Both the position numbers and the translations under genes were made by a program. Positions 8,787 to 17,929 of a stretch of DNA of 64,000 nucleotides are shown in pieces (the stretch's first letter is position 1; every line of letters begins with the position of its first letter). The stretch covers positions 1-64,000 of the forward strand of contig CBDDDG010000021.1 in the NCBI GenBank assembly GCA_965226555.1. The letters run 5' to 3'. The notes below the pieces were generated by a model, which made no database searches, was not told where the DNA came from, and was given only the letters and a program-made list of their open reading frames with translations. The DNA comes from Salinispira sp. (GTDB taxonomy: Bacteria; Spirochaetota; Spirochaetia; DSM-27196; Salinispiraceae).

Positions 8787-10503
8787 ATGAAAATTAGACA
8801 TACAGTTGGGGGGGGGGGTAACCCTTTTCACTTTCTGCGCAATGTTTATTGTACTGATGGCGGGATGCCCAATGCCGGATGCTCCCCCTACAATGTTTGC
8901 GCCAGCCCTTGTAGCAGGAGACGGACAGCTTACCGCATCGTGGGCTGAGCTCGCCGCTATATGGAATGAGGTGAACAAAAAGGATGGCAACGCTATTACC
9001 GCGTACAACCTACGCTATGGTGAATTTGGCAGCGAGAGCTGGACGGAAATTAACACCGGTATTACCACAAGCCATACCATTACCGAGCTGACAAACGGCA
9101 TGAATTATGCCGTGCAGGTGCGCGCAGTCAACGCGGGGGGTGCGGGTTCGTGGTCAGCATCTGCCACGGCAACACCTATTGCGCCGCCAACTGCGCCCCC
9201 TGCCGCGCCGGGTACCATGGCTGCTCCAACCCTTGAAGTGGAAAATGGGCAGCTCATTGCGAAATGGACTGCGCCGGAAGATAACGGCGGCAGCCCCATT
9301 ACCGGGTATGAGCTGCAATATCGCACAGATGATGACGGAGATTGGACGATCATTATCTCCGGCAGCATTACCTGCGCGCGCAGCGAGGGGCAGACAGAAG
9401 TCTGTCAATTTGCCTTCTCATTTTACCCTTCTTACACAGGCCACACCATCGCAGGCACAACAGACGTCACCAACTACCGACTACAGGTACGCGCCGTCAA
9501 CGCGCAGGGCAATGGCGAATGGTCTGCAACAGCAATGCTGTCGTTTGCAACGCAGGTTCCTGCGGGCACGCCAGCGGTCGCAATTCTTCCGGCTGAGATT
9601 AATGCCATTATTGCCGCTGAGAACCTAAAGAACCTCAGCCTTTTTGTGACCACGGTGGGAGCAAGCAATATCACGGTCGTTGATGGAGACATTACGGCGG
9701 TCACCTCCGTAGCTACGCCCGATGGGGTTACTATTCCGACTGTCGATGCGAGTAGCGGACTTATTACGCTTACAGTTGCCGCAGATACAACGGCAGGAAC
9801 ATATCTGGTATACGGCAGTGACACCGGAACCGGAGACATAGTCTTTGCTGAGTATTTCTATATTACCCTGAGTCCAACAACTAACGCCGAACTGCAAACA
9901 GCGGTAGATGCGGGGATAAGTGACTGGGGACAAACTGGCAATTTCAACTACATTATTACCGCGGCAGTAAGGGATATGTCCAGCATTTTCTATAATAAAC
10001 CCGAATTCAATGGCGATATCTCGCTCTGGGATGTCAGTAAAGTAACAAATATGTATAGGATACTCAGTGCCGTACCCGAATTCAATGGCGATATCTCGCT
10101 CTGGGATGTCAGTAAGGTAACGAATATGAACCAGATGTTCAATTCCGCAGAAAAATTCAATGGCGATATCTCCGCTTGGGATGTTAGTTCGGTAACGAAT
10201 ATGAGCAATATGTTCAGTTTCACAGACTCATTCAATGGCAATATCTCCGCTTGGGATGTCAGTAAGGTAACGCATATGAACTATATGTTCGGTTTCGCAG
10301 ACTCATTCAATGGCGATATCTCCGCTTGGGATGTTAGTTCGGTAACGAATATGACCGATATGTTCTATTTTGCAAGTGCATTCAGTCAGAATCTTGAGGA
10401 GTGGAAGGATCATTGGACGCTTGATTCTGCTGGCAAATATACCGGAGACAAAACAAATATGTTTTTGAGTTCCGGCGTAACAACGCCGCCGTCATGGTAT
10501 TAG
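8787..10503 (+). CDS. FN3 x2 + DUF285/BspA-like LRR surface lipoprotein; signal peptide frameshifted at a G11 tract
   Basis: ORF 8806-10503 has lipobox MAGC, two FN3 domains, five FNGDISxWDVS repeats and the same C-terminus as gene 1 (SGVTTPPSWY). AGGAGG and ATG at 8787 are out of frame by 1 nt across G11. Confidence 0.85.
8808..8818 (+). repeat. Poly-G (G11) slipped-strand tract in signal-peptide coding region
   Basis: G10 restores MKIRHTVGGGVTLFTFCAMFIVLMAGC. Confidence 0.85.
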
Positions 10504-10567
10504 TTTCATAGCCCGCAGCCCTCAGCGGCTATTGAAACCTTGCAATTCAACTCAGGCAGGCGCGGGG
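10470..10567. repeat. Right copy of 98-bp inverted repeat (partner 48-145)
   Basis: 97/98 identity to the reverse complement of 48-145. Confidence 0.95.
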
Positions 10568-10669
10568 CGCCGACCGGAAGGCTCTGTTCAGTAGCAAAAA
10601 TGTTCAGAATGAATGCGGAAACATTCTCGTGATATACACCCTAAACAATTTTTGGTATTATTCAGGTAC

Positions 10670-11377
10670 ATGGAAAAATATATACATCACGTTGCCATTA
10701 ATTATCAGAATATTTGTGCCCGCATAAAACAAAAAGCGCAGCTCTGCGGAAGAGATCCGTCAACCATTACCCTGCTTGCGGTCAGTAAGACGAAGCCCCC
10801 CGAACTCATTACTCAGGCCTGGGATGCGGGAATTCGGATATTCGGGGAAAATCGAGTACAGGAAATACAGGAAAAATTTGACCCGCGTCCCCATGAGGAA
10901 ATGGAACTCCACATGATAGGGCATCTTCAGTCCAACAAGGTGAGGGCAGCCGTACAGTTGTCCGATTGGATACAAAGTGTGGACCGCGAAAAAATTCTCC
11001 AGCTCATCAGTAAAGAAGCTCAACGCTATGAACGGACAATACAGATATGCCTTGAAGTCAATACCAGCGCCGAAGAGAGTAAGTTCGGTGTGCTGAAAGA
11101 TGAAGATGTTATTCGCCTTGCTGTGTTGGCTGCAAAATTACCCTGCGTGAAGCTCAGAGGCCTCATGACGATAGGACCGCTGCTCAGTGAGGGCGAGAAA
11201 GCTCTCAGGAATGCCTTTATCCGCCTGCGGAAACTCTTTTACACAATTGGCGATGAACTTGCGCCTCCCCTATGGGATACGCTGAGTATGGGTATGAGTA
11301 ACGATTTTGAAATTGCCATTGAGGAAGGCGCTACCATGCTCCGCATCGGGAGCAGCCTCTTCGGTCTCAGGAAATAA
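10670..11377 (+). CDS. yggS: YggS-family PLP homeostasis protein
   Basis: LLAVSKT, FGENRVQE, HMIGHLQSNK, LSMGMSNDFEIAIEEGATMLRIGS. Confidence 0.95.
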   Translation: MEKYIHHVAINYQNICARIKQKAQLCGRDPSTITLLAVSKTKPPELITQAWDAGIRIFGENRVQEIQEKFDPRPHEEMELHMIGHLQSNKVRAAVQLSDWIQSVDREKILQLISKEAQRYERTIQICLEVNTSAEESKFGVLKDEDVIRLAVLAAKLPCVKLRGLMTIGPLLSEGEKALRNAFIRLRKLFYTIGDELAPPLWDTLSMGMSNDFEIAIEEGATMLRIGSSLFGLRK

Positions 11378-11381
11378 CACA

Positions 11382-11819
11382 ATGCAACGACCCTTCCATA
11401 GCCCGAATCCCTTCCACAGAATTCTTGCTGCTCTGCTCATTATACTCATGATACCGCTGTCTGTTGGCGCTCAGGAACGGAATGTGGAAAACATACCGGA
11501 AGAAGAGCTGCAGGCTGCTCTCAATTCCGATGAGACTGAGTCATATACATTTCTGGAGGCTCTCCGACGCTTCGAAATTATTCTGTTCGGATCGCTGCCA
11601 TTCGCGCTCCTATTCACAAATATTGTCTACGATTTCGGGCGATATTTTTCCTTCGGATTTTCAGAAGGATTTTCCAGCGCCAATGCTCAGAGTAATCAGA
11701 TTCAGCTCTTCCAAGATAGCGCTCGCTCAGATGATGAGAAAACAGGAGTATTACTTGTTGCCCTTTCGGCAAGTCTTGTTATTGCCATCGTTGATCTTAT
11801 TATTGAACTCGTAAAATAA
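11382..11819 (+). CDS. Hypothetical membrane protein
   Basis: Signal-like N-terminus and two hydrophobic segments; operonic spacing. Confidence 0.7.
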   Translation: MQRPFHSPNPFHRILAALLIILMIPLSVGAQERNVENIPEEELQAALNSDETESYTFLEALRRFEIILFGSLPFALLFTNIVYDFGRYFSFGFSEGFSSANAQSNQIQLFQDSARSDDEKTGVLLVALSASLVIAIVDLIIELVK

Positions 11820-11829
11820 GCAGGCGGTA

Positions 11830-12816
11830 ATGAGTATTGAATCCATTGTATTCGAAAAGAATGTTGAAGAGTGCTGGGAACGTTTAGACATCTGCGCTTC
11901 CCGAGAATGCGCGTTGTTCGCCCGCAGCCAATTCAAGCAGAGAGTTCTCGCGGCGCGCATTAACGGAAAACCTGCGCGGGCAAGTATGGAGGTTAACCCG
12001 GGCGATACAATATCCATTGAATATCTTCCTGAAAAAACCTGTTCTCTTGAACCCGAAAACATTCCGATTGACATTATCTATGAAGATAAGAATGTTCTGG
12101 TAGTCAACAAATCTCGGGGGATGGTTGTGCATCCCGGGGCTGGACACCCGAGCGGTACCCTTGTTAATGCCTTTCTCCACCATGCACGGCTTTGCAGCAG
12201 CGATTTTTCCGCTGAGAATGTCCGCCCGGGCATCGTACACCGGCTCGATAAGGATACAACGGGGGTAATTATCATTGCCAAGGATGACAGCACGCTGAAT
12301 TTTCTTGCCGGACAGTTCCGGGACAGAGAAACAGAAAAAACTTATCTTGCTCTCGTGGAGGGAATTGTCGGCGAGGCAGGTGAAATTACCGGCTGCATCC
12401 GCCGGAGTACCCACAGCCGTATTCTCTTTACGTATGATCCGCTCAGAGGAAAACCCGCCCGCAGCCGCTATATCCCGCTTGCCCGCACCCGCCAGCACCC
12501 CGCACCCGCCGGCACCCCGCACCCCGCCCGCAGCCCGCAGCCCGCACCCGCCACCCTCATGAAGCTGCAGCCAATCACCGGCCGCACGCACCAGTTACGC
12601 GTACATGCAAAACACCTCGGGCACCCCATCCTCGGCGACCCGCTCTACAATCCGAGCTCCCCCGTGCCCGCTCTTATGCTTCATGCCGCATCTCTGAAAA
12701 TCCGCCTCCCCGGCCATACTGCCCCCACAACCTTTACCGCCCCGCCCCCCGAAGATATGCGGGAAATCTGCGCGGACTACGGCCTCACCGATGCCCTGTC
12801 TTCAAGCTTTTCATGA
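11830..12816 (+). CDS. RluA/RluD-family pseudouridine synthase
   Basis: VVNK..GMVVHP, RPGIVHRLDKDTTG, TGRTHQLRVH, GHPILGDPLY; Pro-rich insert at 12481-12556. Confidence 0.93.
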   Translation: MSIESIVFEKNVEECWERLDICASRECALFARSQFKQRVLAARINGKPARASMEVNPGDTISIEYLPEKTCSLEPENIPIDIIYEDKNVLVVNKSRGMVVHPGAGHPSGTLVNAFLHHARLCSSDFSAENVRPGIVHRLDKDTTGVIIIAKDDSTLNFLAGQFRDRETEKTYLALVEGIVGEAGEITGCIRRSTHSRILFTYDPLRGKPARSRYIPLARTRQHPAPAGTPHPARSPQPAPATLMKLQPITGRTHQLRVHAKHLGHPILGDPLYNPSSPVPALMLHAASLKIRLPGHTAPTTFTAPPPEDMREICADYGLTDALSSSFS

Positions 12817-13040
12817 ACATAGTTCAGGACAATATCATTTTTCAGATGCGTATACTGACCTTTGTTTTTCCGACGCTCCCGCGCCTTCCGGTGAGCCTGA
12901 ATCGCCACATACCGCCCGTGATCATTCCGGTTACGGTTCACTTCGCGGTAAATGGTCGTATGGCAACACCCAATGACCCGGGCTATCTCCCTGACGGGAT
13001 ATCCTTTTCGTCGATAATAGGCAATATCCTCATCACTTAT
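12800..13040 (-). pseudogene. IS30-family transposase N-terminal remnant
   Basis: HTH G.PVREIARVIGCCHTTIYREVNRN...Y.AIQAHRKARERR...YVHEKL; truncated before the catalytic core; boundaries approximate. Confidence 0.75.
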
Positions 13041-13070
13041 GGTTGAATTCACCCAGAAGAGAAAAAGTGC

Positions 13071-13099
13071 TTGACACAAACGAATTTTTTGACGATACT
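13071..13099 (+). promoter_or_regulatory. Putative sigma-70 promoter of the accessory island
   Basis: TTGACA-17 bp-GATACT. Confidence 0.55.
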
Positions 13100-13228
13100 G
13101 GATCACAGTGGAGTCTGAAAAAACGCTATTTTAGCGATGCAGTGTGAAATACCCGTGTTTCCAGAGCTTCCCTACTATTAGAAAGTTTTGCCTCAGGCAA
13201 AACAAGTACTTATCCTTCGGAGGTAAAT

Positions 13229-13633
13229 ATGGATATAGCAGATTCTTTTCCCGCAATTATAAGTACTGTTACACTTATGGTGGTAATAATTACTTTAATA
13301 TCTTCAAATCAACGAAGTAGCTCAAAAGACATCCAGGAAAATTATAAGGATATTTTAAATCACTTAGAAAAAGTAAAATCTGTCCAGAGAGATACGGACA
13401 TAAAAATTGCGCAAATTGAAACAACTTTAATAACGATAAATAAAGATATAAATGAAATTAAACAAAAACAAAATGAAATAATAAAAGAACTTTACAGCAC
13501 AAAACAAGGATCAGAATTTTCAATGGGAAAACAAATGATTCGTAGTATATCGCTTGGCATTAAACGTCAAATTTTGGAAAGCGATTCAGAAGATGCTTCT
13601 AAACAAATTGCAAATGATGAAGATGAATCTTAA
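13229..13633 (+). CDS. Hypothetical AT-rich protein with N-terminal TM helix and coiled coil
   Basis: GGAGG RBS, 134-aa ORF, hydrophobic N-terminus, heptad-like region; composition unlike the flanks. Confidence 0.7.
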   Translation: MDIADSFPAIISTVTLMVVIITLISSNQRSSSKDIQENYKDILNHLEKVKSVQRDTDIKIAQIETTLITINKDINEIKQKQNEIIKELYSTKQGSEFSMGKQMIRSISLGIKRQILESDSEDASKQIANDEDES

Positions 13634-13707
13634 ATAAGATTATCGTTCTCATTGATGTAGCGCCAAATTCTCTTTACCGACTCTTTTCTTTGTGGTACAA
13701 TTCATAC

Positions 13708-14708
13708 ATGAACAATTCACTTCTTGCCCACATTGCTGGGCGGTTTAATTCATCAGAGTATGAAAATGTGGCAAATAGCAGTCTGTGTTATTTGCTGGAA
13801 AGTTATGAGCCCGCAAGAATTGCGCTGCAAAAGCTCTTGGACATGAATATCGCGCTTTCTCATTTTGAAACGGAGAATGCGACCGAAAAACATGGCAGGC
13901 CCGATATTACCGGGTATGATCAATCTGGTAAAAAGCAGGTTATTATTGAGGGCAAGTTTGGGGCGAAGTTGACGGAGAATCAGCCCGTAAACTATTTGAA
14001 AGAGTTACCGGCTGGGGCAAAATGTTGTTTCTTGCGCCGAAATGGAGACTCATTTCGCTGGAGAACCAACTAAAAAAGCGGTTGGCTGCTGCGGATGCCG
14101 GTGCACATAACGGCGGCAGTGAATACGGCAGAATTACGGTTTCTTCCTGGCTGGATTTTTTATCTCTCATTGAAAGAGAAAACATCAGCAATCATGATCA
14201 TCATCTGGCATCGGATCTATTGCAGATGAAAGAATTATGCGGAAAAATGGATGCCGAGGGCATGCCTCCCCTATCTGCCTCAGATTTGGATCACATGAAC
14301 GGACGCATATCATATCAGTTTGAAGATATTATTGATGATTGTAAACTCAAGCTGAAGGAGTGGGAACATGCGAATTTTGAGGGATACAAGACAACCCCAC
14401 GAAAGCATGAGTATGGTTTTTATTTTGGAGCGTATGAGAAGTTTGGCTGGGGGCTGTTTTTTTCACGCTACTTGTGGTGTACGGAGAATGTACAGACGCC
14501 GTTCTGGCTGAGAGTGCAGGAAGCAACGTGGAAACCATCTCCCGAAATAAAACGTTACCTCAAGGAATGTTGCGCCGACAATGTCAGTGTCAGTGGGGAC
14601 AGCATTGGAATTGAGCTTCGTCCGGGCATGGATAAGGACGAGATTATTGCGCATATTGTCGATGAGACAAAGAAGGTACTGAAATACGTGCATGCAAAAT
14701 GTACCTGA
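13708..14708 (+). pseudogene. PD-(D/E)XK nuclease-like gene split by a 1-nt frameshift
   Basis: GRPDITG...VIIEGKFGAKLTENQP..YL motif; one extra G at 14014-14017 fuses ORFs 13708-14073 and 14022-14708. Confidence 0.72.
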
Positions 14709-15012
14709 GCATCTGGCGAAATTCATAGATGATGCACATTGGATTTTTGCCAAAACCTATGCTGCGACCTGGCCGCATGAGTATATTGTCAGGCAGAGGG
14801 TCAATGAGGCCTTGTTTGTGGAGTTTGTCAGGCATACCAGAGACTATGGTTATGTGGGTAATTTCTATCGTCAGGCTATTCCGTATTATGATGTCGGCGA
14901 TATGGTGTACTGGACGATGGGCGCTGCCATTGAGAATACCACAATTATCAACCGATGCCGAAAAGATCAGACCTATGAACATCGGCTGGCGCATAATACT
15001 TTGCCGAATTAA
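14692..15012 (+). CDS. Small hypothetical protein (WIFAKTYAATWPHEY motif)
   Basis: 106-aa ORF overlapping the upstream stop; aromatic-rich, protein-like sequence. Confidence 0.65.
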   Translation: MQNVPEHLAKFIDDAHWIFAKTYAATWPHEYIVRQRVNEALFVEFVRHTRDYGYVGNFYRQAIPYYDVGDMVYWTMGAAIENTTIINRCRKDQTYEHRLAHNTLPN

Positions 15013-15162
15013 ATACATCAAAGTTTTGCAAAATGCAAAAATTTCTACATGTCTGTGCCGGTATCTGGCTTGATATGATGATGTCGTTGATGCGCGGGCG
15101 CGAAGGATGATGATTGATGTTGGCGGCTGCGGTGTTTTCTCAGCGCGCATTAGGAAAAGAAT

Positions 15163-16041
15163 ATGCAGGATTTATTAGATCAACTACGACAGTTTGATGC
15201 CTTAAGAGATCAGAACGAAAAAAATAATGACAATTTGAACGAAATATTTACCGACTGTAATTCTCCCGAATTCGCGGATGATAGTGTCTTTGATTTGTTA
15301 CATCCTAAACTTGTTAATATCGTAAAAGGTAATGGTATTAATAAATTGTATCAACATCAGGCAGAAGCTATACGAGCTGCTATTGCTGGTCATGATGTCG
15401 TATTAGAATCGCCTACGGCAAGCGGTAAAACTCTGTCATTTTCTTTACCCATGTTAGATATGCTTATAAAGGATAGAAGCGGTCATGCTTTAATGCTATA
15501 TCCCATGAAAGCCCTTGCAAATGACCAAAGAAGACAGTTGGAAGAATTAAAAATAAAAACAGATCTTAGAATTGACTCATGGTTATTTGATGGCGACACA
15601 GATCAGGAGCATAGAAAACTATTAAAGAATTCGCCTCCACATATTTTAATTACAAATCCTGACAGTTTGCACTTTTCATTTCTCGGGTGGATGGAACAAT
15701 GGGAAAAATTTTATGCTAATCTTAAATTTATTGTCATTGATGAAATTCATGAATACCGAGGATATTTTGGCACAAATTTTGCTTTTCTGATGAGGCGTTT
15801 TTTATTGATGCTGAAACAAAAAAGTATTAAGCCACAACTCTTTTTATCTACTGCTACCTGCGCTAATCCAATAGAACATGCCCAGAACCTGACAGGGAGA
15901 AAAGAATTTACATTAGTAAATGCTTCTAAAAAATTTGCGCCAAAGAGGAATTTTATATTTATTGATCCAAATATTCCAGATTATAACTATTACAATATTT
16001 TTACACTGAGAATTGCCAAAGCTGGTCTTGCTTGCTTGTGA
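15163..16041 (+). pseudogene. N-terminal fragment of a YprA/MrfA-like DEAH helicase, truncated by IS3
   Basis: LYQHQAEAI, SPTASGKTL, YPMKALANDQ, ITNPDSLH, IDEIHEYRG.FG, TAT..NP; the stop is supplied by the IS end. Confidence 0.88.
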
Positions 16042-16101
16042 TCTTGCTTCGATTTAACGGACACTCTTCTAAGCACGATACTATAGGGAGAGGAGAGTGT
16101 T

Positions 16102-16392
16102 ATGGAAACACGGAAAGTCAGAAAATTCTATGCTGAGGATTTTAAGGAACAGGCTGTGGAGCTTGCCAAAGAAATTGGCACGAAGCAGGCGACGGAAAAG
16201 CTGGGTATAGCAAGTTATCATACCCTCGCGAAATGGGTTCGGAACGACCAGAAAGGTCCCGAGTTTCGGGAACTTCAGGAAGCCCTGGCCGAGAACAAAC
16301 GATTGAGAAAGGAACTGCGCGCCGAGAAAAAGGCGGTGGCAATACTCAATGATGCAATGGTTTTTTTTTGCAGAAAGGAGAGCCTGAAATGA
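16102..16392 (+). CDS. IS3 transposase OrfA
   Basis: FKEQAVEL..HTH..TLAKWV plus leucine zipper ENKRLRKEL. Confidence 0.9.
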   Translation: METRKVRKFYAEDFKEQAVELAKEIGTKQATEKLGIASYHTLAKWVRNDQKGPEFRELQEALAENKRLRKELRAEKKAVAILNDAMVFFCRKESLK

Positions 16393-17273
16393 AGTATCGA
16401 GGAATTGAGCAGCTGAAGCAGACCGGACATGCTGTTGCACCATGCTGCAAACTTCTGAAGGTGTCCAGCTCGGGATTCTATGACTGGCTTAAGAGAGAAC
16501 CGTCCAAAAACACCCGCAGGGATGATGAGCTTACGGGTAAAATCCTGCGTGTGTATACTGAAAATAAGGGATGCTACGGTTCGCCCCGAATTCACCGGCT
16601 GCTGCATCTTCATGGTGAAGCAATCGGGAGGAACCGAGTCGCCCGGCTTATGAGGGAATCGGGGCTCAATGCGGGGAGAACGAAGGCATATCGCCCGCGA
16701 ACAACAATGAGCAATCCATCCCAGAAGAAGTCTCCGCGGGTGTTTCGCATTGAAAGCTCCACGGTTACGAAAGCGAATGAGGTCTGGGCATCGGACCTCA
16801 CGTACCTGCCCGCCGGCGCAGGATTTGCGTACCTTGTTGTGGTTCTGGACATCTATACCCGGGAAATTACGGGCTGGAATGTCAGTGATTCCATGGAGAG
16901 CACACAGACGGAAAAGGCTCTGTTACAGGCCGTACGGAGAACTCCCGGGGAGTTGAATAGCTTGGTCTTTCATTCAGATCAGGGAACGCAGTATTGCGCG
17001 CAGAGCATTCGAGACAAACTGGAAATGTTACATATTACCCAGTCGATGTCGAGAAGGGGGAATTGCTACGATAATGCCTTTGTGGAAAGTTTTTTCCACA
17101 CGCTGAAGAATGAGCTTGGTAAGCCGAGGTTTCAGAACCTTCAGGAGGCGCGGAAGATAGTTTTTGAATACATCAACTGGTATAACCGAGAGAGGCTTCA
17201 TTCTTCTCTTGACTATATGAGTCCGATGAATTATGCTTTGAAAACAGCAGGAGAATCCTGTTGTGTTGCTTAG
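16389..17273 (+). CDS. IS3 transposase OrfB (rve integrase core)
   Basis: YGSPRI, WASDLTY, FHSDQGTQY, SRRGNCYDNAFVESFF.TLK.E, YNRER.HSSL. Confidence 0.93.
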   Translation: MKYRGIEQLKQTGHAVAPCCKLLKVSSSGFYDWLKREPSKNTRRDDELTGKILRVYTENKGCYGSPRIHRLLHLHGEAIGRNRVARLMRESGLNAGRTKAYRPRTTMSNPSQKKSPRVFRIESSTVTKANEVWASDLTYLPAGAGFAYLVVVLDIYTREITGWNVSDSMESTQTEKALLQAVRRTPGELNSLVFHSDQGTQYCAQSIRDKLEMLHITQSMSRRGNCYDNAFVESFFHTLKNELGKPRFQNLQEARKIVFEYINWYNRERLHSSLDYMSPMNYALKTAGESCCVA

Positions 17274-17303
17274 CGGATTGTCCGAATTTTCGAAGCAAGA
17301 TCA

Positions 17304-17866
17304 GTTTTCGCTTTAACAAAAAAATGTGTGTTTATTACGGGCGTGTGACAATTGTTACCAATTTTTGGGGTCATCGACTCATTGATAAACAAAAAGATAA
17401 AGTTATTGAAGAACAAAAAACCAATAATGCCAAATCATCAAAGGCGCATGCTTTTTGGTTAGAAATTGAAGATAGAGAAATTACAGAAAGTATCTTGAGA
17501 GCAGTAGAAAATATGCTGAGAGTGGGTGCTGGTTTTGTTATTCCTGCCGACAGGCACGACACAAGTACGCATTGTGAGAAGAACAAGAACATAATTTATT
17601 TTTATGAGAACTACAGTGGCGGAATTGGCATATCTGAAAAAGCGCTGACTACCTGGGGAAATATATTGAACAAAGGGATTCGTATTGCTGAAAAGTGCTC
17701 ATGTAAAAAGGGTTGTCCCAAGTGCATTCATCCGCCACGGTTAAAGGATGCAACAATGATTGATAAACAGGGAGGTTTACTTCTCGCAAAGGAATTAATG
17801 GCGATGTCTCATATAAAAGCAGATGAGCGATTTGACAAAACGAGTAATGCATGGAGAAAAATATAA
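17304..17866 (+). pseudogene. C-terminal DUF1998 (Zn-binding) fragment of the same helicase
   Basis: IYFYENYSGGIGIS and CSCKKGCPKC motifs typical of DUF1998; low GC like the N-terminal fragment. Confidence 0.82.
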
Positions 17867-17929
17867 GAATTCGCCGCGCATACTATCTCCACTTGACCTA
17901 AAGCATTTTTTCTGCTTTCATATCACCAT

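Larger units (their letters stand above)
16039..17303 (+). mobile_element. IS3-family insertion sequence (1265 bp)
   Basis: TG...CA ends; imperfect TIR TGATCTTGCTTCGA-N5-CGGACA-N5-CTAAGC; orfA/orfB layout; no target duplication. Confidence 0.93.
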
